Source: Lama glama
Taxonomy: Eukaryota
NCBI GenBank assembly: GCA_028534125.1
Contig: CM052817.1
Span: forward strand, 92,692,001 to 92,756,000
Length of the DNA: 64,000 nucleotides
Direction: 5' to 3'
Shown piece after piece: positions 13,666 through 27,443 of this stretch (position 1 is the first letter of the stretch; the number at the start of each line of letters is the position of its first letter). The notes under the pieces were generated by a model. It had not been told where the DNA came from, did not search any database, and saw only the letters and a list, made by a program, of their open reading frames with translations. Position numbers and translations under genes: made by a program.

Positions 13666-14075
13666 TATCAGTAAACAGGATGTTGCAGCCACCCAGCCAT
13701 CACATTGCAGCCACCCCCGACCATGCCCCCGGAAGAGACTCAGGACAGGAAGCACAGGATACGGGCCTTAGGTAGCTAAGGGGCACATCAAAGGAATAAT
13801 TTCAATGAGCCCAGACTTCTGCATTTTCCCAAAGAAAAACACTTAATTCCTTAACTTGAGATATCTGGTTTTCTTTAATTAATAGTAATCTTTTGATGTT
13901 CTGACTACCTGGTCTTTGTTGTAAAAACTTGTATATATCCTGGTTCCTCCCCTATCTCTTCGGAGCAGTCCTTCAGAGCGATCTGAGAGGCTGTCTCCCA
14001 GGCTTGAAGTTATCAGAAAGTCCGCCAAAATAAAACATAGTTCTCAATTTTTTGGTGTGTATTTTTTTCAGTCCA
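13666..14075 (+). mobile_element. ERV solo LTR (artiodactyl ERV1-like family)
   Basis: TATA-like gtatatatc, R segment cccctatctcttcggagcagt...tctgagaggctgtctcc, AATAAA at ~14029, U5 ending tcagtcca. Homologous to the LTR at 16822. Confidence 0.75.
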
Positions 14076-15376
14076 TTGTATGTATGAAAAATTCAGTTGG
14101 AGGGAAAGCTAGACTATTTCAAAAGTAGGAACAGGAAATATATTTGGAAAAGATGGGTCCAAATCAGTGTTTTGAAATCATCTAGATGGGCTGAGCAGAA
14201 GGAGGTAGGTACAGTGAGGAAAACAATCAGGGACCAGAGCCAGACTTCCCTTCATCTTGTGGTCATGAGCTGCTTAGTCCCTTCCATGTTGTCTCATCCT
14301 CCTGTGTCTCATCTACAGGAAGTCCCTGCAGTGGGGACCAGCTACGCGGACAGCAGCCGACACCAGCCTCTCCCTACCACAAACTCTACTCAGTGAGCCC
14401 GGTGCCTTCTGTGAGGGTAAATCTGCCACTGGGCTTGGTCTGAAATGTTTGGACCAATTGTGAGAAACTGTATTTCCCTGATTCCTCCTCTTTATGTTAC
14501 ATAAACATTGTTGGAAAAAAAGAAGGAAAGGAAAGGGTAAGAAGAGCTGTCCCACAAAACCAGGAGTAGCCGTATTAGGGCTGTCATTACAAACACAATG
14601 ACTTCGTTTTGGTAAGCTAACATGCTATGTTAGCAGTTTTACCTGCTGGAGGGGGTGGAAATGAATGCAATAAAGTCAATGGCTGCTCACCTCACTGGCA
14701 CGAACGCTGCCCTTCTGTAAAAAAGGCTGGTCTGTTTTCAGGCCCATGATAACAAGCTTGGAATCATTGTGGAGAAAGCAAATTCCCTAAAGCCGGGCTA
14801 GATTTGATTTGGCTTCCTTGGGGTTCTTAAACATTTGACTTAGAGTGAGATGGCGGCTTTTGAGGCAGGCTTTTAAGCCAAAACCAGAGCCCAGAGTGTT
14901 GAGTGTACTGCACAGTGCCCTCAGGGGACAGGGTGAGGATTGGGTGAAGGTGTCAAATCCATAGCAGCAATACCAGTGTCTTGGAAATCAGAAACCCTAG
15001 CTGTGATCCGGGCTCTGAGATCCAGAGTTAAGGTATTCTTTTAGTTAAGTAAAGGGGTGTTAATGGTACCTTCCCTATCTATATTATAGGTTGTTATGAG
15101 ATGCATATTACACATTATATGTAAAAGAGATCTGTAAACAGTAGAGCACTTTTCAACGTATTATAATAAATGGCCACTAATTTCACCCAGTTGTCCACAG
15201 TACTGGGTCTAAGCAGCATGAAAGGGAAACCAACAAAACTTAAAGAACAAAGAAGCTGCATCAGATCCTTTTGCTACTAAACTCAATTTCTTTACTAGTG
15301 ACTGGAAGAAAGCAATCCTTTGGGAATGCAAGTTCTGAGGGAATTGCTGAACCCTCCCCTTACAGTGTGTCTCACT

Positions 15377-15876
15377 NNNNNNNNNNNNNNNNNNNNNNNN
15401 NNNNNNNNNNNNNNNNNNNNNNNNNNNNNNNNNNNNNNNNNNNNNNNNNNNNNNNNNNNNNNNNNNNNNNNNNNNNNNNNNNNNNNNNNNNNNNNNNNNN
15501 NNNNNNNNNNNNNNNNNNNNNNNNNNNNNNNNNNNNNNNNNNNNNNNNNNNNNNNNNNNNNNNNNNNNNNNNNNNNNNNNNNNNNNNNNNNNNNNNNNNN
15601 NNNNNNNNNNNNNNNNNNNNNNNNNNNNNNNNNNNNNNNNNNNNNNNNNNNNNNNNNNNNNNNNNNNNNNNNNNNNNNNNNNNNNNNNNNNNNNNNNNNN
15701 NNNNNNNNNNNNNNNNNNNNNNNNNNNNNNNNNNNNNNNNNNNNNNNNNNNNNNNNNNNNNNNNNNNNNNNNNNNNNNNNNNNNNNNNNNNNNNNNNNNN
15801 NNNNNNNNNNNNNNNNNNNNNNNNNNNNNNNNNNNNNNNNNNNNNNNNNNNNNNNNNNNNNNNNNNNNNNNNNNNN
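15377..15876. other. Assembly gap (500 N)
   Basis: Exactly 500 N, a fixed-size scaffolding spacer. Confidence 1.
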
Positions 15877-15889
15877 GCATCATTAGGAC

Positions 15890-16310
15890 TTCTGTCACCA
15901 CAGACGAGCCCAGCCTGTGGTTGAGTTTCATATAAATGGAATCATAAAGCATCTATTCTTTTTGCCGGGCTTCTTTTGTTCAGCATAATGTCTTCAGATT
16001 TGTCTGTGCTCTGATGTACATCAATCGCTTGTTTCTTTTTCCTGCTGAGGAGTACTCTGTTAAATGAATGTACCCCAATTCAGTTATAGATTTTTTGTTG
16101 TTAGACACTGGAGTTATTCTCATTTTTTGGCTCTTATGAATAAATGTGCTCTGATGACCATTCTTGTACAAGTCTTCCTGTGAATGTACGTACTCTTTTC
16201 TCCTGGGTATATATCCAAGAGTGAGATCACTAGGTTAGAGGATAATGTATGTTTAACTTCAGTAGGAACTGACAAATTTCCAAAGAAGTTGTGCTGTTTA
16301 AAACTCCCAC
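15890..16310 (-). mobile_element. Old L1M 3' region
   Basis: tttcatataaatggaatcata...cagcataatgtc...tcctgggtatatatccaagagtg motifs. Confidence 0.75.
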
Positions 16311-16821
16311 CATGCTATATAACTTTTACTTTTGCAGAGTATACAAAATTATGTTCCTCAAAGAATGAGTTTTTAAAATATTAGCTTTCATAAGTAATGA
16401 CTATTGAGTGGGATGCCTACACCAACATAAATTTCAGATAAATTTGAAAAACGTAGTTAATTGCTCAGTTATTTTATTTTTTTTGGTAAAGAAAGATTAA
16501 AGAGGAGATAAAAATAAGTAAAGATAAGAATTCATAAATTTTATGACATAACTTTTTCCCTATTAATCTAAAAGGATCATAAAAATATTTAAATGATAAA
16601 AAAACACTATTTACCAAAATATGAAGACAGAATGTTAAAAAAAATTAGTATCATACCTTATCAGTTCTATGCCAGAACATTTCCCTCCCATATTTTAAGA
16701 TCTCTGAAATTAGGAGGCATCCTACAGTTCATGATGATTTACATTAGATATGCTAACTAAAACTTGTCACTCGCCATCTGGTTCTACAAGAATGAAGTTA
16801 CTAGTCTCTGCAGTCTTGGAC

Positions 16822-17013
16822 TTTCGACAGGGAAAGTCCAAGGAAAGGAGCTCAGGGAGGAGATCAGGAATGAAGCACTCTGTGCTCTGGGAGAAGCTGG
16901 AGAACTAGCCTCCAGGTAGCACTAAAATCAATAATGGAGACACTGCTCCTCGTGACCAGCAGCAACCTTCTGTCAAAAAGTGTGCCTGTTTGCACCGTAC
17001 CCTCTTCACTAAA

Positions 17014-17066
<53 letters not shown>

Positions 17067-17201
17067 TGATCTCTCCCCTACCTCTTCAGAGCGGCACCTC
17101 AGAGCTATCTGAGAGGCTGTCTCCTGGGCTATAGTCCTCATTTTGCCCCAAATAAAACTTAACTCACAGTTCTCATGTTGTGTAGTTCTTTTCGGTTGAC
17201 A
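16822..17201 (+). mobile_element. ERV solo LTR (same clade as 13666 LTR) with (AT)24 at the TATA position
   Basis: Near-inverted termini tttcgac...gttgaca, shared R segment cccctacctcttcagagc...tctgagaggctgtctcc, AATAAA at 17151; (AT)n at 17017-17065. Confidence 0.75.
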
Positions 17202-19977
17202 GCTATGTAAAGAGCTTAGGTAAGTCCAGAGCAATATCTCAGAGAAATCAGATATGGGAATTGAAACTAAGTGCTACCTTTGTATCAGGCTATTAGACAA
17301 GAAAGATGTTTAAAAATGGTACTGCTTCTTGGTTCCAAAAGAACACTAATGGAAGCACTCTCACGTCCTGTTAATGGGGTGCATATCATTAACACCTTTC
17401 AGGAAAGCAATTAGACAAAACTTATCAAGATCCTTTGGAAATCACTTTTGACCAGGAAGTTTACTTTTAGGAATGCATTCTAAGGGATAAACACAGAAAA
17501 AAAATATAAACAGTTAAGGTCATGATTTTATAATGATGAAAACTAGAAGCAATTAAAATGTTGAACGAAGTGGGGGACAGTTAAATAACCTCCAATAATG
17601 GACTATTATGCAATCACTAAAATATTTTAAAATCATTTCTAAAGTTATAGGAAAATGCTTACTTTTTAATGTTAAATGAGAAAGTGGAATAAAAATTGTA
17701 TTAGTGGCCTGACTTTATAATGTTTAACAATATACATGGAATGTTTGTTTATATATATATATATATATAAAAATAAATAAATATATTATACAAATAAAAA
17801 ATACCAATATTAATAATGATTATTTCTGGGAAGCAAGATGATTATTTTTCTCTACTTCTTCATACTTTTCACTATTTTCAAAATTTCTTACATTGAGGAA
17901 TGAAACCTTGAAGCTTATTTAAAAAATATGTGTGTATATATATATAGAACTGAATCACTATGCTGTACACCAGAAACTAATACAATATTGTAAATTAAAA
18001 AAAAGTTTTAAAAATTAAAATATAAACAAACAATAGAGAAAAGAATGACTAGTAATCTAATTTGCATAACACAGGCATGAAACAGTAAGAGAAATCTTAT
18101 GAAAATCACCAGGCATTCATTACTCTTTTCTAAAAAAGGAGCTTGGAAAAAATCTGTTCCTAATCAAGCATGTGTAACAGGCACGACAGGGTGAAGTCAG
18201 GACAGACCACTTGTGCTCAACTAGAAGGCGTTCCATTGTTTTCCACTTCACAAGCTACAGGGCTCAGAGTCAGAATCCTGAACACATTGGTGTTTTCTAA
18301 AAAAAATTTTTATGAAGAGTTTGGAATCTTCGTTCATTTGACTCATCTTAAAATTAGATAGGTCCCTGGGGTTAGAAATTTTAAAGGACTAGTGTCTATT
18401 TTGAGTGCTTTCAGTAAATTCGTGATTTTTGAAGTTTCTGAATATTAAAATAATGCTCATTTCCATGTCTGGTTATAATTCTTCTTTTATGTTATCTTCT
18501 TTATTATGATCATGTCATGTTGGGCAAGGAGAGTGAATGAGAACCCATTTCCTCCCTTAAGAAGGGAAATTCACAGATGACTATCAGAGTCCAACTGTGA
18601 TGTTGCCTTGGGGTGTCATTGCCTTGGGGACCCAAGATCTGGATCCCACGAGTTTCAGGAGAAGCAGGACAGGCTATGAACCACCCACGTGGGTTTGGTT
18701 GGAAGGACCCAATAAGAACAAGGAAACTCCCTGGGACACAGTGAACATGCAGACAGAGAGGCCCATCTTCCAGAACGGCCCATCCGAGGCGAGCCACTGT
18801 GAGTAAAGCCCTGGGGTGCAGGCACACTGCTCTCACCCATTAGCTCAGTGAATATTATCAATTCGATTTTAAGGAGGCTGGTCCTTGGCAGGCAAGTCAC
18901 TCTGGGAGCCTTAGGATTCATGTTTGTTCAGAAAACTACAAATGGATCCCTCTTCTGTTTGCCATGTACTTTATACGAGACCAGGGCTGCTTCTTCTGCA
19001 CAGGAAAATGTCACCTGTCCAGGGGGACAGGAGTTAATGGATCACAGTCTTTGAGGAGTCAATAATTAGGCCCATGTTAAAAACATACATACATTAGTTG
19101 CATCAGCTGAGAAAGGAAAGCAGCCAGTTGTCTGGGTAGATGGACAAGGATGATGCACTAGCTTCTTGTCAACTCTAGACACATGGTATGTAACAGACCT
19201 TCAGAGAATTCATCTAAATTAGCAGACCAAATTTAGGCTTTGACTTTTCAACAGCCTTCAAAAAAATTCCTTTTCCAAATCTCCAGGCCTGTCCCTTTCA
19301 GTTTCTCTCTGACTCAGATACTGGAATGTCATTAGAAATTCCTTTCCAAGCCATGGTATCTGTTTGCCCCAATTTGCTTTGTTTTGTCCTTCACTATTAA
19401 TTTGTTCTGTACTTTACTAGTATCCACTTATTCTATTTTCTATTTTTAGTCTATCATATGATTGTGTTTAAATCTCCATTTCTTCTCTTTCAAAACCAGT
19501 GCAGTTAGTCACATTCTGATCTTGGTAAAAACAGAGACTTAAGTTTCAAAGGAAAAAAAAAAAAAAAGAAACAGGATGATATATTCTATGCCCCAAACTA
19601 CTAAAGAGTTCTGTTAAACAGACACAATGGAAATTTAGCCTTGTTCTTAAAGCAGAGAGATGAGATAGAGAAAGGGTGGCATGGCATTTACGCAGAGCAT
19701 CCAACAATTATCTATCCAAAATGGAACTCTGCCCAACTGACCAGTTAGGGGGTTGTTTTGGGATGAATAACTCAGAAGAAAGTTTTAAAAAGATAAGTCA
19801 AAGCTGGCCCTCAAGTATTGTTGTTGTTTGTTTGTCTTTTTTTTTTCTTTTGGAGTGAGAAAGAAAATCTGTTTCAGTGCTTGAAATCTGTTTCTTCTGT
19901 TATAGTTTTTGAGCAATAGTGTGCTAGCTGCTGAATTTTTTCCTATTATTTAGAATCCGAATGGAAAGACAGGAGCA

Positions 19978-20193
19978 TTTTTTTCATTTTTTTTTAAATT
20001 GAAGTATAGTCAGTTTACAATGTTGTGTCAATTTCTAGTATACAGCACAATGGTTCATACATGTACATACATATATTCGTTTTCATATTCTTTTTCACCA
20101 TAAGCTACATATATATAAAACAGATAAACAAGTTTATACTGTACAGCACGGGGAACTATATTCGATATCTTGTAGTAGCTTATGGTGAAAAAG
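19978..20193 (-). mobile_element. Short camelid-type L1 3' end with 5' inversion
   Basis: Poly(T) plus antisense 3' UTR to 20108, then a sense-oriented upstream segment 20109-20193. Confidence 0.85.
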
Positions 20194-21906
20194 GTGCATG
20201 TGTTAAATGCAAACAAATACAGATGTATCTATCAGTCACCATCTGACAGGGCCGCCATTTTCAAGTATCCGAATGGCTGACTCATGCTTGGTTTACCTCC
20301 TGCAACTCTCCTGACTAGATCCTTCTCTCTGTATGCCCAGGGCCAGCACTCCAAACCAGACCTCAAGCATTTCGTACCTTGACTGAAGAATAGTCTCCTA
20401 ACTGCGCCGCCTAAGTCCAGTCAGAGCCTTTTAAGCCACGTTCCACATGGTGCCAGTGAACTGTGTACAGAGCACAAGCTGCACCCCTCAGTAGGTCCCC
20501 CAGCATGTGGCCATAATCCTGGCTCCTCAGTGGGGCGTTTAGGTCCCAAATGACCTCGGCTGGCCTACTTCTTCACCATTATCTTCACATCTGCTTTATA
20601 TCCTGACAATTCAGGGTTACCTCTACTCAGCTTTGCTTGGAATATTCTTCTTAGCTCTGACCGACTGGAAGACTCCTTCAGTACAACTTTACGGAAAGCA
20701 ACTAGGCAATTTGAATTTGTAACCTTAGAAACAAAGAAATAACCCCAAATGTCAACTAAGGTCTACACACAGAGCTATTTATCACAGCCTTCTTTATAAT
20801 AGCAAAAAAAAAAAAAAAAAGTATATGTGTTCGGAGGGGGAAACAACTTAAATGTCCCTAGTCAAATAAATTACGGCATAGGGGCTATCTATCAAGCAAA
20901 ATGTTACAGGGCAAGTTTTAAACACACGGAAAATGTTTATTCTAGAAAGGGTTTAAGGTGACTTAAGAGACATAGATATCCAAAAAAAATAAAATGCCAT
21001 AAGAGCAAAAGAAAAATAAATAAGAATAGAGACATGAAACACAGTCAGGGATGAAGCTAAAAAAATCCCTTTTGGCTACAGATTTCTCTGTTGGCTTTCT
21101 ATCAACGAACAGAGGAAAAAAAATCTGAAAAGTGGCACAATTTAGTATCCACAATCTAAAAGCATTCCTTTGCACAGGAGAAATGCGGGTATTCCAAACG
21201 TGAACTGCTCTGGCAAGTCCTCACGATGAAATCAGAGTAGAAAATCCTAACGAGAGACACAATGGCAACTTTCCCAAGATTGCTCCTTACAGTGATCCCT
21301 GATCAAAACAGTGGCAATTGCATCAGCCAGCTCAATTCTCTTGTAAGGACTAATATGAAACAGTGACGTTCTTAGTTTTCTGTGAACCTACCTTGTTACA
21401 AGAATATGTTTCAGAGAAGCAGAAGGATTGTATTATATTTCAATTAATTTTCCTAAAGAAAAAAATTTCATTATTCTTCTGATACGCTTAATGAGTTTAA
21501 ATTTGTACTCACTAAAAAAGTACGTAGAGTCCAGTGAACCTAGCTGGATAATTAAAAATAGACTTATCAGAATGAATAATTAAGGGGCAGGAGTAGAAAC
21601 AGGGAGATGAGTGAGAAGGCTACCGCAGAGAGCCAGGAAAGAACTGACGGTGGTAATGATCTTAATTACAGTAACCAGAACAGTAACAGTAACTAGCAGT
21701 AATGGTAAGAGTGGTATCATATTAGTATTGTAATAATACTGATAATAATAGTACCAGAAATATGTAGAATTATCACTCACTGTCAGGTTTCAAAGTAGTT
21801 TGTAAAAGCCAATTTTTAGTTAGCCAACTTAAATTAGATTCTTGAATCAAAATCTGAGTTCCTTCATTGACATTTTCTCTGTTGATAAAAAGCAAGCCTA
21901 AATTAC

Positions 21907-21907
<1 letters not shown>

Positions 21908-21940
<33 letters not shown>
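21908..21940 (+). repeat. (CA)n microsatellite
   Basis: Directly visible. Confidence 0.95.
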
Positions 21941-21943
<3 letters not shown>

Positions 21944-21944
21944 C

Positions 21945-22125
21945 TCCAGGCTGGGGGAATGAAGAGTTACTGTTGAATGGCTACAGTTTCAGTCTGGGAA
22001 GATGAAGTTCTGGAGATGGATGGTGCTGGTGGCTGAACCATAATCTAAATGTACTGGATGTCACTGATATATAAACTTAAAAATGGTTAAAGTGAACAAT
22101 TTTATGTCATGATTTTACCACATGC
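21945..22125 (+). mobile_element. L1MB-like 3' terminal fragment
   Basis: gagttactgttgaatggctacagtttcagt...gttctggagatggatggtg...acttaaaaatggttaaa. Confidence 0.8.
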
Positions 22126-25100
22126 ACACACACACATACCCTTTCCAGAATTCTCTGATCTAACAGGAACCTTGCTCAGGACAAAACTGACTCATGCTGT
22201 GAAGAATGGGGAACCCAACAGGCCACGGGCCGGCCGAGCCTCTCATTGACATCAACTCCCTGCTCTAAATACACACAGAAACCTCAGTAAACCTGCAGGC
22301 AGTATCCACAACACTGTCTCCTACTGTACCCTCCAGGAAACACGATTTAGGAAATGTAACTCCAGGAGGCAGTTTGTAGAACCAGATTTTTGTTTAAGAT
22401 CAAGTTAAACGCTGGGGACGCAGCTACTAAAGTGAGTAACTTCAGTTTTAGCGGATTTTATTTGGACTCCAACTACGACAGTAATAAGCCAGCAGGACAT
22501 GCTGCCTCCATGGGCCATTACTACCCAGCCAAACTGTATCATTCGTCTAAGAGAAATCCCTCTTCTGTCCCTTTAGTGCACTGGGATGATGAAATGTGAA
22601 CAGCTCATCAGTGGATTACTAAGGAATGAGCGGAAGGGAGTCAGGACACACTCTTATTTTACCTCAGTAGACAATTCAGACTGGCCCATGAAAAGACTTG
22701 ATTCTTGAGGAATAAGAGCCAACATCTCAGGGTCTTTGGTGGATTTATTCAACCTAGACTTTGATCAGCTTCTGTCTACAGAGTGAGAGGCTGAAGGAAA
22801 ATGAGCCACAGTAAGTTCGTACTATATCCAGCAAATTCTATAATGAAAAGAGTTGGATATTATTGATGTTGACAGCAGTATATCAAACTTGCAGAAAATA
22901 GGCATAGGAAATAAAAAGAAATCATAAAAACGTTAGCAGTAGCTACCTGATGAGGGAGTTACCCACATAATTATTTATCCATCTTACAAATTTTCTATAA
23001 TGTGAATGAAACAGGCAACAAAAACCAGTTAGAAAATATGAAGACATTTCTTTTCTTCCCGTGGGGACTTTCTTACCTTCCTTGTGCCTGGTTATTAGTT
23101 CCTCCAAATTTTTAATTCATTTTGCTATTACTGCTGCATATAGGACACTGTATTGTGATTACTTATTTACATTCCCATCTGTCCCCTGCTAGCCCAATTT
23201 CCTTTAGAGCAGAGAGCAAGCCATTCATCTTTTCATCTCTGGTACTTCACACTATTCCTGGCGTACAGTTGCTGCAAAATAAATGTTTGTTGTTTCAAAT
23301 AAAGCATTTAGCTACTGAAAAGGTTATGGCAAGGGTCTGCTTGTTGCCAAGGAGCTTTTTAATTTTTCCTAAGTTGTGTGGCAGAGTCTGCAAACAAAGG
23401 AAAAGACAGCGGTAGAAGCTAGCATCTCCCCAAATTAGTGATAATGCTTTAGTGATACCTTACAGATAGGAACAAACTGTACAGGCACGTAAAGGATGCG
23501 CACATTGCTCTGTGTTAAAAAAAATGACAAAAAAGGACTTTTGCTCTGCCCAAAGAGGTCATTTCTTTCTGAGACACTGCATTTGAAATTGGGTAGTTAA
23601 ACAGATTGAAATGAATAACCATTAAAGGACAGCGGGAATGCCACAGGATAAAAGCCACAGAAGAATCAGAGAGCCCAACTTATTCTCTGGACAAGAGAAG
23701 ACAACAGAACTTCAATAAGGTATTTTTTTGTAGCTTAAAATCTTAATTACAAGTACTAACAGAGTCACAAAAACCAGCCCTAAAATATAGTGTGTTGTAT
23801 GTTTTGGCATATGTATGCTGCAGCAAAACCAAAGTTCCTTGGAAAATATCTTAGTGGCGTATTAGGATCAAATCCAAACCGCAAAAGGTACTTTGTGTGC
23901 TGCTGTGGGTCCCTCCTTCACATTTAATGCACATATGCAGGCTCACCCAATGGGGAGGCTTGCCTTCAAGTGCTAGAGAACGACCCTGATGAAGAAAAAA
24001 CAAGGGGAAGAAATGGTAAGTGTGTATGTGTACGATTTAACTTTAATCATTTCCATGACTAGAAATAAAGAGGAAGGGTCACTTATTAATTCATCCTAAT
24101 TTGTGCAAGTGTCTTTAAAAGAAACATACAAGAGGATGATTTTGAAAAAGTCATGGTACAAGACTGGCAAACGGCAACCAACAACCCCAAATGGCAACCA
24201 TGGGGAAGAGAGGCACCCAGCATGTCAGAGTTAGGAGGCCACGGAAAAGAGTGTGAGAGAAGAGAGATAACAGCTGGAACATTTTCTGAGACAATTTTTA
24301 CTCCAAGGAGATGCAAAGAATTGGGTGGATGACTCAGCCTGGAAATAATGGGAAAGAGAGTCTATGAAGTTCATAGGAGCAAAGGCTTAATAATACCCCA
24401 GAGGAAATTATCTAGCAAAAAGCAAATGCCAGTGGATTTGTTTGATAACATCCATTAGTGCAAACTGTCTGGCAGAAACCAGCAACAGGCACAAAAATAC
24501 CTTGATTTTAAAAGCCGCATAGAAAAACTGGATGGGCTCTTCAAAGAGTAGGTACGCGTGGCTCGTCAAAGATCAAACAGTAACTAATGTAACCTGTGCT
24601 TGGTACTGCTCAGTGTATTTTGTTGTTTAAAGCAAGGCCCAGAGGAAGGAAATAAAGGCAGATGGGCAATAAGGGACTTGAAGCAAAAAAGAATCAAGGA
24701 ATGAGCTGAAAACCAAAAAGTGATGTAAAAAAGGAGGAGCCTGAGGTTAAACTGATCTGGCTTAGGGTGAGGGCTAGTATAAGTAAAATGAAACTTCCTT
24801 AAGTTTTATTTTTTTGTGGTGAGTATTAAAGTGCAAATTTTTTGTCTTAGTTACTATTTCCAAAAAAAAAATACACTGTAAAAGGAGATTTGGACTAATT
24901 TATCATGACAATCTAAATACTGCTAAAGCAATGTCATTTATCATAATTAAAAACTGAAATCAGGCAAATGGTCCACCACAGGGGCATGGTAAATTAAACT
25001 GTGGTACATCTATGACTTGGATATTATGCATCCTTTAGCAACTGTATGTAGTAACATGAAATATACCTATGAAAGAGCTCTAAATTAACAAGCTATTTTA

Positions 25101-26663
25101 TACAGGATGAACTACAGAGCTAAGTCCTATGTATAGTTTTTACAACAGATTTTCTTAATTTCATTGGTAAAGTTCTTTGGATTTTCAGGAAAAAGATGTT
25201 ATTTAGCTTTAATTTTAGCTTTGAATATTTTTTATTAGTAGGAGCCTCACAGGGCTCTAAGCATCTCCAAAGGAAAATAAAAGCAAGCATTTTCCTTGCT
25301 TATAGCTATGAGGCTTTATAAAACCCTTAATAAAATGCTGCAAAGAGGAAAGATGCTACCCGGAGAGGCTCTCTGCACGTCACATACCACCATTCTTTGC
25401 CAGTGTTTCTAAAAATCACCAAGCAAATACCAAATGTAATGTCTAGAGAGAGAATTTATATATAAATATGAAGGAACTCATATACCCTCATATGAAGGAC
25501 ACTACTGAGTCTTCACGTGTCCCGATTTACGATTTGGTCTTTGAGACAGTCAAGCATCTATAAACTAAGGAAAGCGAATCCCACTTGAAGGCTTTGGGGC
25601 CACCAGAGTGCACTTTCCTCAGGCCCATTTTCCTAATGATCAACTTGCCTGCCAGCATTTCAAGCACGACTCATTCCCCTTGGAGTTTCCACATCTATTT
25701 GAGTATCTTGTCCCTTTTTTGTCACTTCTTGGTCATTTAGGATTATTAAACTAATTCCTCTTGGGCATATTTCACTTTTTTCTGTGTTTCTAATAAATAG
25801 TTCTTAGAAGCTGCATTACTTTATGACCGAATGGATTGTTTTTTGTATCTTGGTGGTATACGTTTTCTACTTTATTTACTTAAATACTCGAAGAATTTTT
25901 AAAGCCAGTATTTCTAAATGAAGAACATTTCTTGAAGGCAGAATTTAATTTTTATTTTTAGGACACTTGCCCAGATGCAAAAACACTAAAAAGAAATGCT
26001 GTTGGCAACTTTAAAATATATTATTTCATTGAAGTATTTACATTTAAGTAATTTTAACTGTATAAAAAAGAGCCAGACACCATAACAGTGAATTTCAGTT
26101 AGGGAGAGGGATTAAGATTATATGAGAATTACCTGGGAAGTTTTTCCAACTACACATGCTAGCCTCCTCCCCTAGATTCTAGAAGTTTAGGGGTGACTGT
26201 CACCTTCTCTTCTTGTGAGTAAAAAACAAAGGGAAATGGAATCTACCTTTGGCTTCTTCCTCACTCTCGACTGGATTCTGGTTGCAGATCATGGGATCAT
26301 TCATAAAAAGTTTTGGAAGAGTTTATTATTTTAATTAAAAGAGCACTCGTAAAAGCAAGTATGATCCTGAACATCACTGATGCGATGTTAAAAAAAGACC
26401 TGTACTTGGAGCCACATCATCAAACTGTGTGTCACGAGGTTCGGGGTCACAGCTGTAAACTTCCTTGGGCACCAAGAGGATCAGACAAGTATTTCTAACC
26501 TCACAAAATGCTTTCCAGGAGAAAGGTTACACAAAAAGAATGAGCCTGTTGGTGATTTCTTATTCAAATACGGAACCATCTGGGCGGACTGACCTGGCAG
26601 GGCGAGGCCAGCAGGCACTCTGCACACATGCCCCAGTCAAAAGCAGGCAGCCTAGCGACTCAC

Positions 26664-26746
26664 CGGCAGGGCAAGATCCGGACAACATCGTTGGGCTTGT
26701 ACCCCTCGATACAAACTGCACAGTTGTCAAAATCAGGCTCTGTTTC
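26664..26746 (-). CDS. RNF150: RNF150 coding exon (exon 4 equivalent), N-terminal half of RING-H2: [27 protein letters not shown](R)
   Basis: 83 nt (27 codons + CG); acceptor ...ctctctctgttgcag (ctg 26747-26749), donor CG|GTGAGT (actcac 26658-26663). Phases match both neighbours. Not in the ORF track. Confidence 0.97.
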
Positions 26747-27121
26747 CTGCAACAGAGAGAGCGCGTATGAGCCTGCTTCCAGAGCGTCCACTCCTGTAAA
26801 CACACAAATAACAAGCCCACAGAGAGCGTGCCCGGAGCCAGGCTTTCAACCGTCTCATTGCCAGTTCCCTTCATCAATAATTCACTGTATACTGGCTTAG
26901 CTTCTCTGCCTTCCAATCTCCCCTTTCCATTTCCTGGTTCCGCTGCAAGAGCTTTGGTGAGGAATTCATATCTTAATGTCCCGTGACTAATAATGCTGCT
27001 TATCATAATCAGAGGTGACATATCAAAATCTTGAGGATGAGAAACACTGTTCACAGAGAACTGTCTGAATGATATTTAATTAGCCATTCCCTGGGACGCT
27101 AACGTACGCAACTCTAAAAAA

Positions 27122-27443
27122 CAGTGGTTCCAGCTTTCTTTTCAAGAACATGAATCTCTTCCAATATCCCATAATATATCCCTTATATAACAGTCTGTGT
27201 TCTTTTATTATTCTCTGTTGGAGGAGAGAAAAGTAATAAAAAGTGTACTTTAAATTTACTGATGGCTATAACTGAATTTTACCTTACTAAGCTCAATGGT
27301 ATTTTTATACCATTGAAAAATATGACATAACTGGTGAGACAAATCAATTATTCAGACTAGAGACAACACCTCTTATGCCCGTTGAGTTGTGAATCTCCTA
27401 CAATGCCCCAAGGAGCCCCAGAGTCACACACTGCAATCCACTA
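27122..27443. mobile_element. Possible ancient hAT/Charlie-type DNA transposon remnant
   Basis: Ends cagtggttc... and ...aatccacta resemble degenerate hAT TIRs; family uncertain. Confidence 0.35.

Noticed and set aside
15209..15952. Long ORFs of 188-247 aa (also those at 53768-54361)
   Set aside because: Artefacts of translating 500-N gaps.
13666..17201. Provirus bounded by the two related LTRs
   Set aside because: U3 regions differ, no PBS, PPT or gag/pol between them, and the interval holds MIR and L1M sequence: two solo LTRs.
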